IMG/VR virus record: IMGVR_UViG_3300007770_000001
Origin: a virus
Lineage: Duplodnaviria > Caudoviricetes
Strand: one strand, 5' to 3'
Length of the DNA: 64,000 nt
Shown in pieces: positions 18,157 through 27,084 of the stretch. Below the pieces are notes generated by a model. That model was not told the origin of the DNA. It saw only the letters and a program-made list of their open reading frames with translations, and did not search any database. The number at the start of each line of letters is the position of its first letter. Position 1 is the stretch's first letter. Both the position numbers and the translations under genes were made by a program.

Positions 18157-18456
18157 GGAGGAGCCCATGGATTCCCGCTACGCCGCGATAGGTTTCGTCT
18201 GGGATTCGAGGAGTACTTCTACCGCAGGGATGGGAAGAAGGCCAAGGTCACCCTCCCTGCAGGAACCGTCCTGAAGGTGGACCGCATCTACATCAGGGGA
18301 AAGGGCGGCCAGACTCGCGACTTCGACTCGGTCTCGTTCTTCTGCAACACCCATATCACCCCAGCCCGATCGAAGAAGCGAGGTCTGAAGCGAGGTCGGT
18401 TCTGGGTGAAGCTCGAGGACGCCAACAACATCAACTTCCGACCACTGGAGCTATGA
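18157..18456 (+). pseudogene. phage hypothetical frame lacking an in-frame canonical start near its 5' end
   Basis: KVTLPAGTVLKVDRIYIRG...FDSVSF...RFWVKLEDAN; the strong-SD ATG at 18167 is in another frame. Confidence 0.5.
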
Positions 18457-18663
18457 TGTCCTTCTCAGGATTCGACTTCGGCAAAGCCCTGCGCCACCTC
18501 CGCTCTACGGGAGCTATCCGGATCACCTGGGATGGGGTTCGTCTGACTGTCCTCCCCAGCTACGCGCAGAACAGCATCCATCCGGAGATCCCACATCGAG
18601 CCCTTCGAAATGGAGCTCAAGGGAGTCCCGATGCTCGCTCCGCCCCCCTTGATGTCTGGGTAG

Positions 18664-18691
18664 GCTTCTACCAGGCAGGACCTGACGTAAT
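18664..18691 (+). promoter_or_regulatory. promoter-like motif copy
   Basis: GCTTCT-N14-GACGTAAT then AAGGAG and in-frame ATG 18717. Confidence 0.65.
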
Positions 18692-18716
18692 ACTCCTGCA
18701 GAAGGAGTATGCTACG

Positions 18717-19283
18717 ATGTCCGTCCGGAACTACCTCGAGATGTTCTCCCAGGTCGTGGGTCGTCATCCCGACTTCTACAGTATGTACGAGTTGGTCGCG
18801 GAGCACGGGATCCTGTTCGGTCCGGGGAAGCATGAGGTCCCGGAGATAGAGATTGACCTCCTCTTGGCCGCGGAGGTCATGTGGCCCGGCTTCCGAGTCC
18901 AGGAGTGCTTCTTCAACGCACAGCGTCTTTCCGCCCATTCTCTCGGGGGCCTGCGATACTTCGAGGGCTTCGCGATGAGGATCATCCCGGTCCACCACGC
19001 ATGGTTGGTGACCCCCTCGGGGCTCGTCCTGGACCCTACCTGGAGGCTTCGTGATGGTGAGTCGCCCCCCTGCCGCCCTGAGGGGCTCCCGGAACGCTGG
19101 CAGGACCGTGTAGTCCTGGGAAGCGTCCCTGAGGACATCGAATACGTGGGGGTCGAGTTCCCGTACCCCAAGCACGACTTCATCAAGCGGATGGCCGACT
19201 ACGAGGTGGCCTGGTCCATGCTCGATTGTCCACGGGACCGGGAGATTCTTCGCCGCGATCGCTGGATTGGGACTTCCTCCTGA
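18717..19283 (+). CDS. hypothetical protein
   Basis: Start set by promoter and SD; ECFFNA...YFEGFA...PVHHAW motif. Confidence 0.7.
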   Translation: MSVRNYLEMFSQVVGRHPDFYSMYELVAEHGILFGPGKHEVPEIEIDLLLAAEVMWPGFRVQECFFNAQRLSAHSLGGLRYFEGFAMRIIPVHHAWLVTPSGLVLDPTWRLRDGESPPCRPEGLPERWQDRVVLGSVPEDIEYVGVEFPYPKHDFIKRMADYEVAWSMLDCPRDREILRRDRWIGTSS

Positions 19284-19299
19284 ATCCCGACGACGTAAC
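19272..19299 (+). promoter_or_regulatory. promoter-like motif copy
   Basis: ACTTCC-N14-GACGTAAC upstream of ATG 19328. Confidence 0.6.
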
Positions 19300-19327
19300 A
19301 CTATCGAATCCGCTACCGGATACGAAA

Positions 19328-19594
19328 ATGGCCCGCCGTCGCATCTCCCGCCGCCCCCAGCCCACCTTCCGCATCGGCAACCGCGTGACCGTGGATGGCG
19401 ACTACAACGGCGACTACACGGGAACCGTGATCGAGATCGGCCGCTACACCAAGGCGGCCAGCCTCCACGAGCCCAACCCCCAGACCAAGCCCGGGGCTGT
19501 CGTCCTGGTTGACACCTGGGAGGGTCGCTACTACGTTGGCGATGAGCGGTTCGAGGTCGTCGCGTGGGACTGCGAGGCCCACCGCGCTTCATAG
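19328..19594 (+). CDS. small beta-barrel (SH3/KOW-like) hypothetical protein
   Basis: FRIGNRVTV...YTGTVIEIG; high GC3. Confidence 0.65.
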   Translation: MARRRISRRPQPTFRIGNRVTVDGDYNGDYTGTVIEIGRYTKAASLHEPNPQTKPGAVVLVDTWEGRYYVGDERFEVVAWDCEAHRAS

Positions 19595-19620
19595 ATTCCA
19601 CCCCCGATCAGGAGAACCCA

Positions 19621-20268
19621 ATGATCGACCCCAACATGCTCCAGAGACTCCTCATCGCTGATGCCATGGGCCCGACAGGTCCCGCGCAGGCCATAGATGA
19701 GATCACCAACACGATCCAGAAGTGTGCCTCCGGCGTCATCCCCGATCGGGGCGACGTCCGCAAGGCCCTCGACGCCTGGGGGATCTCGTACAAGGAGGGG
19801 GCATCCATCTCGCAGCTCATGTCCCAGACCCCCGCGCTGAACGTGACGCTGCCCGAGGGCTGGGAGATCAAGCGGGAGGGAGGACACCACAACCTCGTCG
19901 ACAACCGGGACCGCAATCGTATCTGGTGGTACATCCACGGCTGGGATCCCATCGACGTCCGCATCAACCGTCGCTTCGGCGTCCGCCGTCAGGACCCCGT
20001 GATCGCCACCGAGGGCATCACTCTGGTCCGGGACGGCGACCAGGTCATCAAGTCCGTGACCATCCACTACCCACGCCCCTTGGAGAGCAAGCCGCGATCC
20101 CGTGGAGGCTTCTTCTACTTCATCGGCAACCTCCGCGACAACGGCTGGAAGGAGGCCGACCGCACCGCCGCCTACAAGGCCCAGAGTGACGCTGAGGCAG
20201 AGGCTCGTGCCTGGCTCGACGACAACTTCCCCGGCTGGCGGGATCCCATCCTGGCTTGGAGTCTGTAG
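19621..20268 (+). CDS. hypothetical protein
   Basis: AGGAG SD; high GC3. Confidence 0.75.
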   Translation: MIDPNMLQRLLIADAMGPTGPAQAIDEITNTIQKCASGVIPDRGDVRKALDAWGISYKEGASISQLMSQTPALNVTLPEGWEIKREGGHHNLVDNRDRNRIWWYIHGWDPIDVRINRRFGVRRQDPVIATEGITLVRDGDQVIKSVTIHYPRPLESKPRSRGGFFYFIGNLRDNGWKEADRTAAYKAQSDAEAEARAWLDDNFPGWRDPILAWSL

Positions 20269-20280
20269 ACCCTGGCTCTT

Positions 20281-20340
20281 CTGAATAACGAGGTTCGCCG
20301 TAGATATAGGGAACGTTTTCCCCAGATCCCCGTTATTTAG
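20281..20340 (+). promoter_or_regulatory. 60-nt hairpin immediately upstream of the sigma factor gene
   Basis: CTGAATAACG / CGTTATTTAG 10-bp stem plus inner GGGAA/TTCCC. Confidence 0.45.
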
Positions 20341-20343
20341 TAT

Positions 20344-21294
20344 TTGGCCAAGGGGGCAGAATTGGGCGCAATACCTGGAACTCTCTTCACGAGAGTGGAG
20401 CACGGCAGCTTTCCTGTATCTCGAAACGGCAAGGGGGTGCGGGTCCAATGGCCCCAGGGGGAACGTTCCTATCCGAACTGGCGTCGGGCTCTCATCGCCA
20501 TCTACAACAGGAATCCCGTCCCCGGAGAAGGGTCTGTCGACCCCCATCTGACCTTCAACCGCTACTTCCGGCTGGGACGGTACGCACCGCGCCGTCCTGC
20601 TTCCAATCTCCTGGATCTCTTCACTCCAGATCCGGAGAACCAGGTCACGATCACGCCTCCCTCCCCGGAGCCCGAGATCGATTCCTCCCTGGCGGTTCAG
20701 GAGGAGGCTCTTCAGGAGCCCACTCTTGGGTTCGATCCTGAGGAGAAGTGGCTCGATATCCGGAGGATCTTCTTCTCCGGATTCGCCAAACAGGCCATCG
20801 GGATGGGATACGACCCGGAAGATGTTCTCCAGGACACCTATGTGAAGATCCTGGCGCAGAATGCGGGCCCCAAGCCGTTCAATCCCGAGAAGGCCAGCTT
20901 CGGCCACTACATCTACATCATGTGTCGACACGCTCTGTCAAACTACAACCGACGGTGGTCGGGGAAGCGGCGGAGGGAGCAGTTCGGGACTCGGAACCTG
21001 GAAGGGGAGATGATCGACGTGGCCACCTCCGATATGGCCACTGTTCCCGCCCACCAGGAGGAGAAGGTGGCGTGGAGAGAGGCCCGAGAGGGTCTGTTCG
21101 AGTACCTCGAGATGCGAGCCCAGGAGTTGGGCTTCCCTGTGCGGTATGTCCGTCATTGCATGGAGCGATACTGCCTGGATGGAGCCTACTTCAAGACCAT
21201 CGGAGAGGAGATCGGTATCTCTCCCGGTCGGGTGTCCGGTATGGTGCGAGCGCTCCGTGAGGAAGCCCGCACCTGGGTCTATCAGGTCGCGTAG
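20344..21294 (+). CDS. sigma-70-family (ECF-like) RNA polymerase sigma factor with N-terminal extension
   Basis: Region 2: DPEDVLQDTYVKIL...FNPEKASFGHYIYIMCRHALSNY; region 4 HTH: FKTIGEEIGISPGRVSGMVRAL. Confidence 0.8.
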   Translation: MAKGAELGAIPGTLFTRVEHGSFPVSRNGKGVRVQWPQGERSYPNWRRALIAIYNRNPVPGEGSVDPHLTFNRYFRLGRYAPRRPASNLLDLFTPDPENQVTITPPSPEPEIDSSLAVQEEALQEPTLGFDPEEKWLDIRRIFFSGFAKQAIGMGYDPEDVLQDTYVKILAQNAGPKPFNPEKASFGHYIYIMCRHALSNYNRRWSGKRRREQFGTRNLEGEMIDVATSDMATVPAHQEEKVAWREAREGLFEYLEMRAQELGFPVRYVRHCMERYCLDGAYFKTIGEEIGISPGRVSGMVRALREEARTWVYQVA

Positions 21295-21340
21295 ACAGGC
21301 TATCTCCCGGAGCAGTCAGACCTGACTCTGGGAGAACGAA

Positions 21341-22099
21341 ATGCCGGGTGTCTCCGGAGGACAGCTTCGAATCTCCTCCAAGAACCCCTGTCGTGTCGCA
21401 ACTACAGGGAACATAGCGGACCTCGCTGCAGGGGCTCCCAACGTAGTTGATGGAAAAACGGTTCTGGTCTCGTCCCGGGTTCTCGTGTGGAAGCAGTCTA
21501 CGGCATCCCAGAACGGCTACTATCAGGTAGTCACCCCAGGCACGGGGAGCGATGGGGCGTGGGTGCGGACCGGCGACTTCGTCGACGCTGTAGACAACCA
21601 CATCAAGGCCGGCGTCTCCTGCTATGTGCAGGAGGGGGATCTCTACAAAGGCCACACGTTTATCCTGACGACCGAAGGGAACATCGTCGTCGGGACAACA
21701 GCCCTCACATTCTTCCAGGGATTCCCCCAGCGGTTCTTCGCCCACAAGGACTGGCCTGAAGGCACCGCCCAGGCCGGCAACGAACTCGACTACAAGCTGT
21801 GGTGGCCAGTTCCTACTCGGATCCTGGCAGTCAAGGTCCGGATGGGAACGGTGAACACCCAGGGGACGTACACCCTGGCTGTAACCAACGAGAACACGAC
21901 GAACTCAATGTTGGCTGGCGCCACGTTCAACATGAACGACCTCTCGGCGAACACGATCACCGACGTGGGTCTAACCAGCACCGACTCCGACAAGAAGGTC
22001 CCCGCGAACACTGACGTGACGATCACCCTGAACAGCAGCAGTGGTAGCTTTGACGGCTCGAAGATCTACCTCTCGGTCTACGTCGAGGAGACCGCCTGA
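21341..22099 (+). CDS. virion fibre/decoration-type structural protein
   Basis: CRVATTGNI...VDG...RVLVWKQSTASQNGYY...GAWVR...VQEG motif common to phage fibre/whisker proteins. Confidence 0.7.
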   Translation: MPGVSGGQLRISSKNPCRVATTGNIADLAAGAPNVVDGKTVLVSSRVLVWKQSTASQNGYYQVVTPGTGSDGAWVRTGDFVDAVDNHIKAGVSCYVQEGDLYKGHTFILTTEGNIVVGTTALTFFQGFPQRFFAHKDWPEGTAQAGNELDYKLWWPVPTRILAVKVRMGTVNTQGTYTLAVTNENTTNSMLAGATFNMNDLSANTITDVGLTSTDSDKKVPANTDVTITLNSSSGSFDGSKIYLSVYVEETA

Positions 22100-22899
22100 T
22101 GGCCACATACGGGAGCAGATGGCAGGCGTTCGACGCCCACGGCACCACTGTGATGAACCAGGCGGGAGGCTTGGTTGAGGTGGCAACGTGGGATTTCACG
22201 AAGGTGACGAACCACACCCTCACGGGAAGTGGGGACATCGACGACGATTTGGGTGCAAAGATCGTCGGATACAACGTCTTCACCCAGACAGGCTCTCCGA
22301 CCCAGACCTTCCAAGTCACGGACGGCACTGGACTCACTTGGTCTCGTAGGGCGGTCAACTCCACCGGAGGGATTGCCTTCGACTTGGTAGACGTGAAGGC
22401 CCTGCTGGGGACAAATCCCTGGCAGACAGTGTGGGTGATTGACGCCTACTTCACGTCGATGACCGGCTCGGAGGTCACAAACAAGACGTTCTGCGGGCTC
22501 TGCCTGGCTGATGTGAACAACAGCATCTCGAACAATCCCAATCGGGGTGGTCGGGTGATGTACGACGGGACGAACTGGCGGAGAGCCACCCGCGAGTACG
22601 TCTCCTCAGCAACCAATGTCAACTACAGCACGCTGGATGGGAAGCCCGCCTCCGGAGTCGGTCGGCTGGAGGTTCGAGGAAGCTCCGTCACTGCGGGCTG
22701 GCAGGATGATTCCGTAGCGGTGCCGGGTCGGCTGGTCGCCCCTGCTGCGTCTGCGGGGTCCGCCGCTGAGGTGGACGGGTCGATGCCCCTCACTCCCTGG
22801 ACGCATCTTATCCTCTGGGACAATCCGCTTGATAACGCCACGGCCAACACCTATACGCTAACCAAGATCGTGTGGTGGGCGCTGGGGGGAATCACATGA
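22099..22899 (+). CDS. putative structural beta-rich protein
   Basis: TGATG coupling to previous gene; Thr/Gly/Val-rich. Confidence 0.65.
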   Translation: MATYGSRWQAFDAHGTTVMNQAGGLVEVATWDFTKVTNHTLTGSGDIDDDLGAKIVGYNVFTQTGSPTQTFQVTDGTGLTWSRRAVNSTGGIAFDLVDVKALLGTNPWQTVWVIDAYFTSMTGSEVTNKTFCGLCLADVNNSISNNPNRGGRVMYDGTNWRRATREYVSSATNVNYSTLDGKPASGVGRLEVRGSSVTAGWQDDSVAVPGRLVAPAASAGSAAEVDGSMPLTPWTHLILWDNPLDNATANTYTLTKIVWWALGGIT

Positions 22900-23126
22900 G
22901 TTCCGTAGCTATCTGGAATTGTGTCTGCCAGAAGTCAAGCGATGACGACGGAAACTCCAACGACAAGATTGAGGTCCACCTCGAAGTTCAGTCTTCGGAG
23001 CTGGTGGGGTTGCTCCAGACAGCGAGCAAGAACAAGGCAGCCCCACAGGGGAAGTGCCCCTACCAGGACTTCGCGATCTCCATGCTGACCGCGATTGCCG
23101 ACTGCTGTCCTGAGTTCCTGGAGTGA
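22896..23126 (+). CDS. hypothetical protein
   Basis: ATGA overlap. Confidence 0.55.
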   Translation: MSSVAIWNCVCQKSSDDDGNSNDKIEVHLEVQSSELVGLLQTASKNKAAPQGKCPYQDFAISMLTAIADCCPEFLE

Positions 23127-23518
23127 GCTCCAAGGAGTGGTGGGTATACGTCCTACAGAGCCTACAGACGCGCCGTTCTCGGAAGGGGGCGGTACTGCCC
23201 GGGTTCTTCTATGTAGGGGCTACAACCGACCCTCTTCGACGCCTACGGCAACATAACGGAGAGCTCTCGGGAGGCGGGAAGTTCACTTCCCGGAATCGTC
23301 CGCATATACTCAAGGCAGTGTTCGGGCCATACAAGAACCGGTCGGAGGCAATGAAGGCCGAGAGGGCTCTGAAGAGGGGGAAGAGAGGGATCAACCGAAC
23401 GAGGTGGACCCCTCGGGATTCGAAGTGGTGTAGGGGACTGGGAACGGAAGACCCCCGCGTTCTCCAGTCTCGATCCGGTAATGCTGACACGGGGAGTCTG
23501 GATGAATCAGAAACGTAA
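23123..23518 (+). CDS. GIY-YIG nuclease, SLX1-like
   Basis: WVYVLQS...FYVGATTDPLRRLRQHNGELSGGGKFT...RP...EAMKAE. Confidence 0.85.
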   Translation: MSSKEWWVYVLQSLQTRRSRKGAVLPGFFYVGATTDPLRRLRQHNGELSGGGKFTSRNRPHILKAVFGPYKNRSEAMKAERALKRGKRGINRTRWTPRDSKWCRGLGTEDPRVLQSRSGNADTGSLDESET

Positions 23519-24169
23519 ACTGCCGGGGCGCTACTGCGTCTGCGGGCTCCTGGCCACCAGCTACGGGATGGATTCCCTGGTTCGGTGTCCAAACTGCTTC
23601 AACACCTGGCCTCACTCTCTCACAGAAAGATCCTCGGACGATGGAGGGATCTCGACCTGGTCCTTGCCCCAGCCCAAGGAACCCGCTCTCGTGTACAGCG
23701 AAATCGGATTGCGAGTCATGGCCTGGCGTCGGAAGAACTTTGGCGTGCAGTCCCGAATGCGGAACGTTCTCCAGCTGGTGGAAGAGTGTGGAGAGGCTTG
23801 CGAGGCCAAGCACAGCCAGGAGAACTTCAAAAAGAGCTTGCGGACTCCCTGCTTGCCCTCGCGGCCCTCAGCGTATCCGAAGGTTGTATACTGCTTCCCC
23901 CAGACGACATTCATGAGGGGGTGACCACTGACTCTTTGTTCTGCTTGGTCGGGAAGCTGGCGCGTGTGGTGGGGAAGGAGGATGAAGGGATCCGTCCCGA
24001 GAGCCGGGGGAGTGTGGAGCCCATCCTTTGCCGGATGGCCGGAGTCCTCGAGATGCTCTTCCAGCGGAGGTACAGCCATAGCGCCTCCCTTCGTCTGACC
24101 GTGTATGAGAGGATACAGAGGATGGAATCCCTGGACTTCACCAAGGACCCAGAAGGTGGGGAACGGTAA
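23502..24169 (+). pseudogene. MazG-like all-alpha NTP pyrophosphatase split by a frame change near 23822-23834
   Basis: AWRRKNFG...LQLVEECGEACEA in one frame, KELADSLLALAAL in the -1 frame. Confidence 0.65.
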
Positions 24170-24186
24170 CTCTGGGGGAGGACGCC

Positions 24187-24639
24187 ATGATCAACCTGCT
24201 CCCCAAAGAGTTCGAAGCGGAAGTCGCCCAGGCTGTAGAGAGCTCGCGTTCTCTGTGGCCGCGAGTACGCGTCTCCCAATACCGAGATCTGGGCCTGCTT
24301 CTGGAGCACCACATCTTCAAACGATGTACTGCCCTCCTCACTCTGGAAGGTAGGTCCGGGGAGGACTTCTTGTCTCTTGAGTCCCGAGTCTCTCCTGTCG
24401 CCAGTTCTGGATCTACCGCAGCGGCTCGTTCCTCATCTCGAGCTACGCTGGACGTGTGTGACGCTGTGGACCACCTCATGCTGGTTCTGGGACATCTCCG
24501 AGTTCACTTCAAGAAGGCTCCGTGCGACTTCTGTGAGAGCCGGCTGAACACCAAACCCTGCGAGGTCTGCGCGAACGAGAGGTTCCGGACCTCTCTCCAC
24601 AGCAGGTACAAGAGAGGGCAGTCTACAGACCCCTCATAG
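24187..24639 (+). CDS. hypothetical protein with C-terminal CxxC-CxxC
   Basis: GGAGG SD; CDFC...CEVC. Confidence 0.65.
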   Translation: MINLLPKEFEAEVAQAVESSRSLWPRVRVSQYRDLGLLLEHHIFKRCTALLTLEGRSGEDFLSLESRVSPVASSGSTAAARSSSRATLDVCDAVDHLMLVLGHLRVHFKKAPCDFCESRLNTKPCEVCANERFRTSLHSRYKRGQSTDPS

Positions 24640-24651
24640 AGAGGAACGCCC

Positions 24652-25005
24652 ATGATAGGGTACATGAAGGCGCTGATTGCGCAGCTCACGCAGATCTACG
24701 GGGAGGATCCTGGTCCGGGCACCTATCCGATCGTTCTCAAGGGGCGGTTGGACCTGGTTCGGCTGGACGAGGAGAACAAGATCCACTGTGGGAACTTCGT
24801 CCCCGTCGACACCCGCTTCCGCCATCGCAAGAGGGGCTCTACCTACAAGGTCAAGTCCTTCTCCGCGATGCAGTGCGCCGGACCTCTGGACGGACACCCA
24901 ATGGTTCGCTACGTCGCGGAGGACCCAACCACTCCTCCCCAGTTCAAGGACAACGTCCGTCCAGCCGCCGAGTTCTTCGACGGCCGCTTCGAGAGGCTTG
25001 GGTGA
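24652..25005 (+). CDS. hypothetical protein
   Basis: GAGG SD; YRHRKRGSTYKV-type DUF1653-like segment. Confidence 0.65.
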   Translation: MIGYMKALIAQLTQIYGEDPGPGTYPIVLKGRLDLVRLDEENKIHCGNFVPVDTRFRHRKRGSTYKVKSFSAMQCAGPLDGHPMVRYVAEDPTTPPQFKDNVRPAAEFFDGRFERLG

Positions 25006-25244
25006 GCTCTGGGGTCCTGGTCGCGCCGGCCCTCACCAAGAAGGAGCTCGCCTACATCGTGATGGGGTTAGGACACAAGAAGTGTATGCTGGAGACAGGG
25101 GACCCGCTCTACTCCCACGCTGACCTCATCCGGATGGACGAGAAGAGCCGGAAGAGGTTCCGGCTGAGGCTCGCGGACCGAGACCAACTCGAACAGGCAC
25201 GCGAAATAGAGGCCCTGATGGCCAAGCTGATGAGGTTGACATGA
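25002..25244 (+). CDS. hypothetical protein
   Basis: GTGA overlap with previous stop. Confidence 0.55.
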   Translation: MSSGVLVAPALTKKELAYIVMGLGHKKCMLETGDPLYSHADLIRMDEKSRKRFRLRLADRDQLEQAREIEALMAKLMRLT

Positions 25245-25552
25245 CCACCGAGAAGTTCAACCCGGGAGATAGGGATCTGAGAACCCAGTCCCAGATGAGG
25301 AAGGTGATCCTTGCAGATCTCATCCGGAAGTTCGCGCGGGGAGAGACCACCCTGGAGGATCTCGAGAAGGAGTACTGGGAACGCACCAACCCTCCTCAGA
25401 GTGCGCTCCTCCCCGAGGACCTCGATTTCCTAGTCGAGCTGGTCGATATCGCTCTCAGGAACCGCCTGACCCACCTGGGTGTTCGTATCGAGATCCCACC
25501 AGGCCTCAAGGAGCGCCTGGAGAAGGACTGGAAGGCGTCATGCCACAGGTGA
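25241..25552 (+). CDS. hypothetical protein
   Basis: ATGA overlap. Confidence 0.6.
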   Translation: MTTEKFNPGDRDLRTQSQMRKVILADLIRKFARGETTLEDLEKEYWERTNPPQSALLPEDLDFLVELVDIALRNRLTHLGVRIEIPPGLKERLEKDWKASCHR

Positions 25553-25902
25553 TTCATCTCGTAGCAGGAGACTTCACCTCCTGTTCCCGAACCGAGCACC
25601 TCAACGCAACCACCGAGAGGGAACAGGTCACCTGTAGGTCCTGCCTTCGGATCATGCTCCGACACGCCGAACGAGGTGCTCTCCTCTATGGGACCAGCAA
25701 GACCGCAGGGAAGTGGCTCGAGAAGCTGAATCGGGCGCGGGCGAAACGAGGCCGGCCTCGTTTCGCTGATTCCGTCACGGAGGCCTTCCAGATGAGGATG
25801 GGCGCCGCCAGGGATCTCAGGCGTCGTCTGGGCCTTCCTGAGGATGTTCCTGTGTACCAGCCAGATCTTGTAGGTGTCGAGACCCCTGCTTCCGCAGAGT
25901 GA
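25540..25902 (+). CDS. hypothetical protein with putative Zn site
   Basis: IHL...C...VTCRSC. Confidence 0.55.
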   Translation: MPQVIHLVAGDFTSCSRTEHLNATTEREQVTCRSCLRIMLRHAERGALLYGTSKTAGKWLEKLNRARAKRGRPRFADSVTEAFQMRMGAARDLRRRLGLPEDVPVYQPDLVGVETPASAE

Positions 25903-26800
25903 TCCAGACCTGAAGCGCGTTCTTCACCACCTCTTCCAGAGGAGAAGCCCCTCTGAGAGCATGGATCTGTCGGATCAAGTGGGCGGGGACGGTTTCCATG
26001 AGGAGCGTCCCCTGGTCCCCGTTCCATTCGATGCCCGCATGGAGGGAGCTCAGCCCCTGCTTGGAGGCATGGGAAAACTCGATGCCCTCCCGAAGCTCGT
26101 GGGTGCTGAGTTCCAGACATAGGGTCTGCGGGTCGTCCCAGAACTCGTCGAACATACCAGAGAACTGGTTCTCCCCGGTGTGGCCGGTTGTCACGTAGAC
26201 CTGCCGGAACTCATTCTGCCGGGGATCCTCTATCCTCAGACTTCGAGGATGGCGGCGGGCGGCCTCATCCACCGCCCCCACGAACAGAATGAGTCCCCTT
26301 GTGTCCTGGGGTTGGGCGAACACCCGGAGGGTCGCCAGGCCATCGTGCTCTGAAGAGAGATCCTTGTCCGTCTGGAAGCAGATCTCCCAATCACCACCCT
26401 GGAGGAAGCGTTCTCGGAGGAGAGGGATCTCCTCTACATCTTCCCGGAGGCTCCGTAGGATCGAGTGGGCATGATTCCGGTTCATCCCGAGGAGGACTCC
26501 GGAGAGCGGGGTGTCTGAGCAACCGACCTTCAGATGGGCTGTCGTTTCGTAGAGGACGATCAGCTTCAGGATATGGGTCTTCCCACTCCGACGGCCGGCG
26601 CAGAGAAGGAGCCTTCGGAACGGCCCGAACTCCCCTGGGATGTGGTTCAGCTTCTTCTGCTCAAGGAGAGAGCTCGGAAGAGCCTCCTTGTAGAAGGGAG
26701 GTAGGTCGCTCAGGTCCAGATCGTAGAACATCCTCAGGACCCATTCTTGGCCTTTGGTCAAGGGGTATCCGATGGACGCGGCAAACTGGATGATGTTCAT
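25817..26800 (-). CDS. terminase large-subunit-like ATPase domain without nuclease domain
   Basis: LTKGQ (Q motif), LLCAGRRSGKT (Walker A), GAVDEAA (Walker B), VYVTT (coupling motif). Confidence 0.75.
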   Translation of the reverse strand: MNIIQFAASIGYPLTKGQEWVLRMFYDLDLSDLPPFYKEALPSSLLEQKKLNHIPGEFGPFRRLLLCAGRRSGKTHILKLIVLYETTAHLKVGCSDTPLSGVLLGMNRNHAHSILRSLREDVEEIPLLRERFLQGGDWEICFQTDKDLSSEHDGLATLRVFAQPQDTRGLILFVGAVDEAARRHPRSLRIEDPRQNEFRQVYVTTGHTGENQFSGMFDEFWDDPQTLCLELSTHELREGIEFSHASKQGLSSLHAGIEWNGDQGTLLMETVPAHLIRQIHALRGASPLEEVVKNALQVWITLRKQGSRHLQDLAGTQEHPQEGPDDA

Positions 26801-26802
26801 GG

Positions 26803-26829
26803 GCTTCTATTCCTGCTGCAGGACGTAAC
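26803..26829 (+). promoter_or_regulatory. promoter-like motif copy
   Basis: GCTTCT-N13-GACGTAAC then GGAG and ATG 26851. Confidence 0.6.
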
Positions 26830-26850
26830 TGGAACGTACCCGGAGAGAAC

Positions 26851-27084
26851 ATGTACAGAAAAGGAACACCGGTAGTGTTGAAGCAGAGGATCGTCATGGC
26901 CGGTCTTGGGCGAACACAGATGGACATCCGTGCAGGTGTCCGGGGCTTCCTTCTCCAGGAGTGTCTCCCCCCGGACACCTGCATGTACGTGCTCCTCGAG
27001 TCGCCGGGGATGTCCATCTCCGTCCAGGCCACTCGGAACCACTTCGACGTCATCGACCAGGAGTCTGACAGATGCCACATATGA
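26851..27084 (+). CDS. hypothetical protein
   Basis: Promoter and SD upstream. Confidence 0.6.
   Translation: MYRKGTPVVLKQRIVMAGLGRTQMDIRAGVRGFLLQECLPPDTCMYVLLESPGMSISVQATRNHFDVIDQESDRCHI

Noticed and set aside
18453-18716. N-terminal extension of the 18453-19283 ORF
   Set aside because: An internal promoter motif plus SD points to ATG 18717; the extension lacks an SD.
19531-20931. 466-aa minus-strand ORF
   Set aside because: Antisense shadow of well-supported + strand genes; no motifs.
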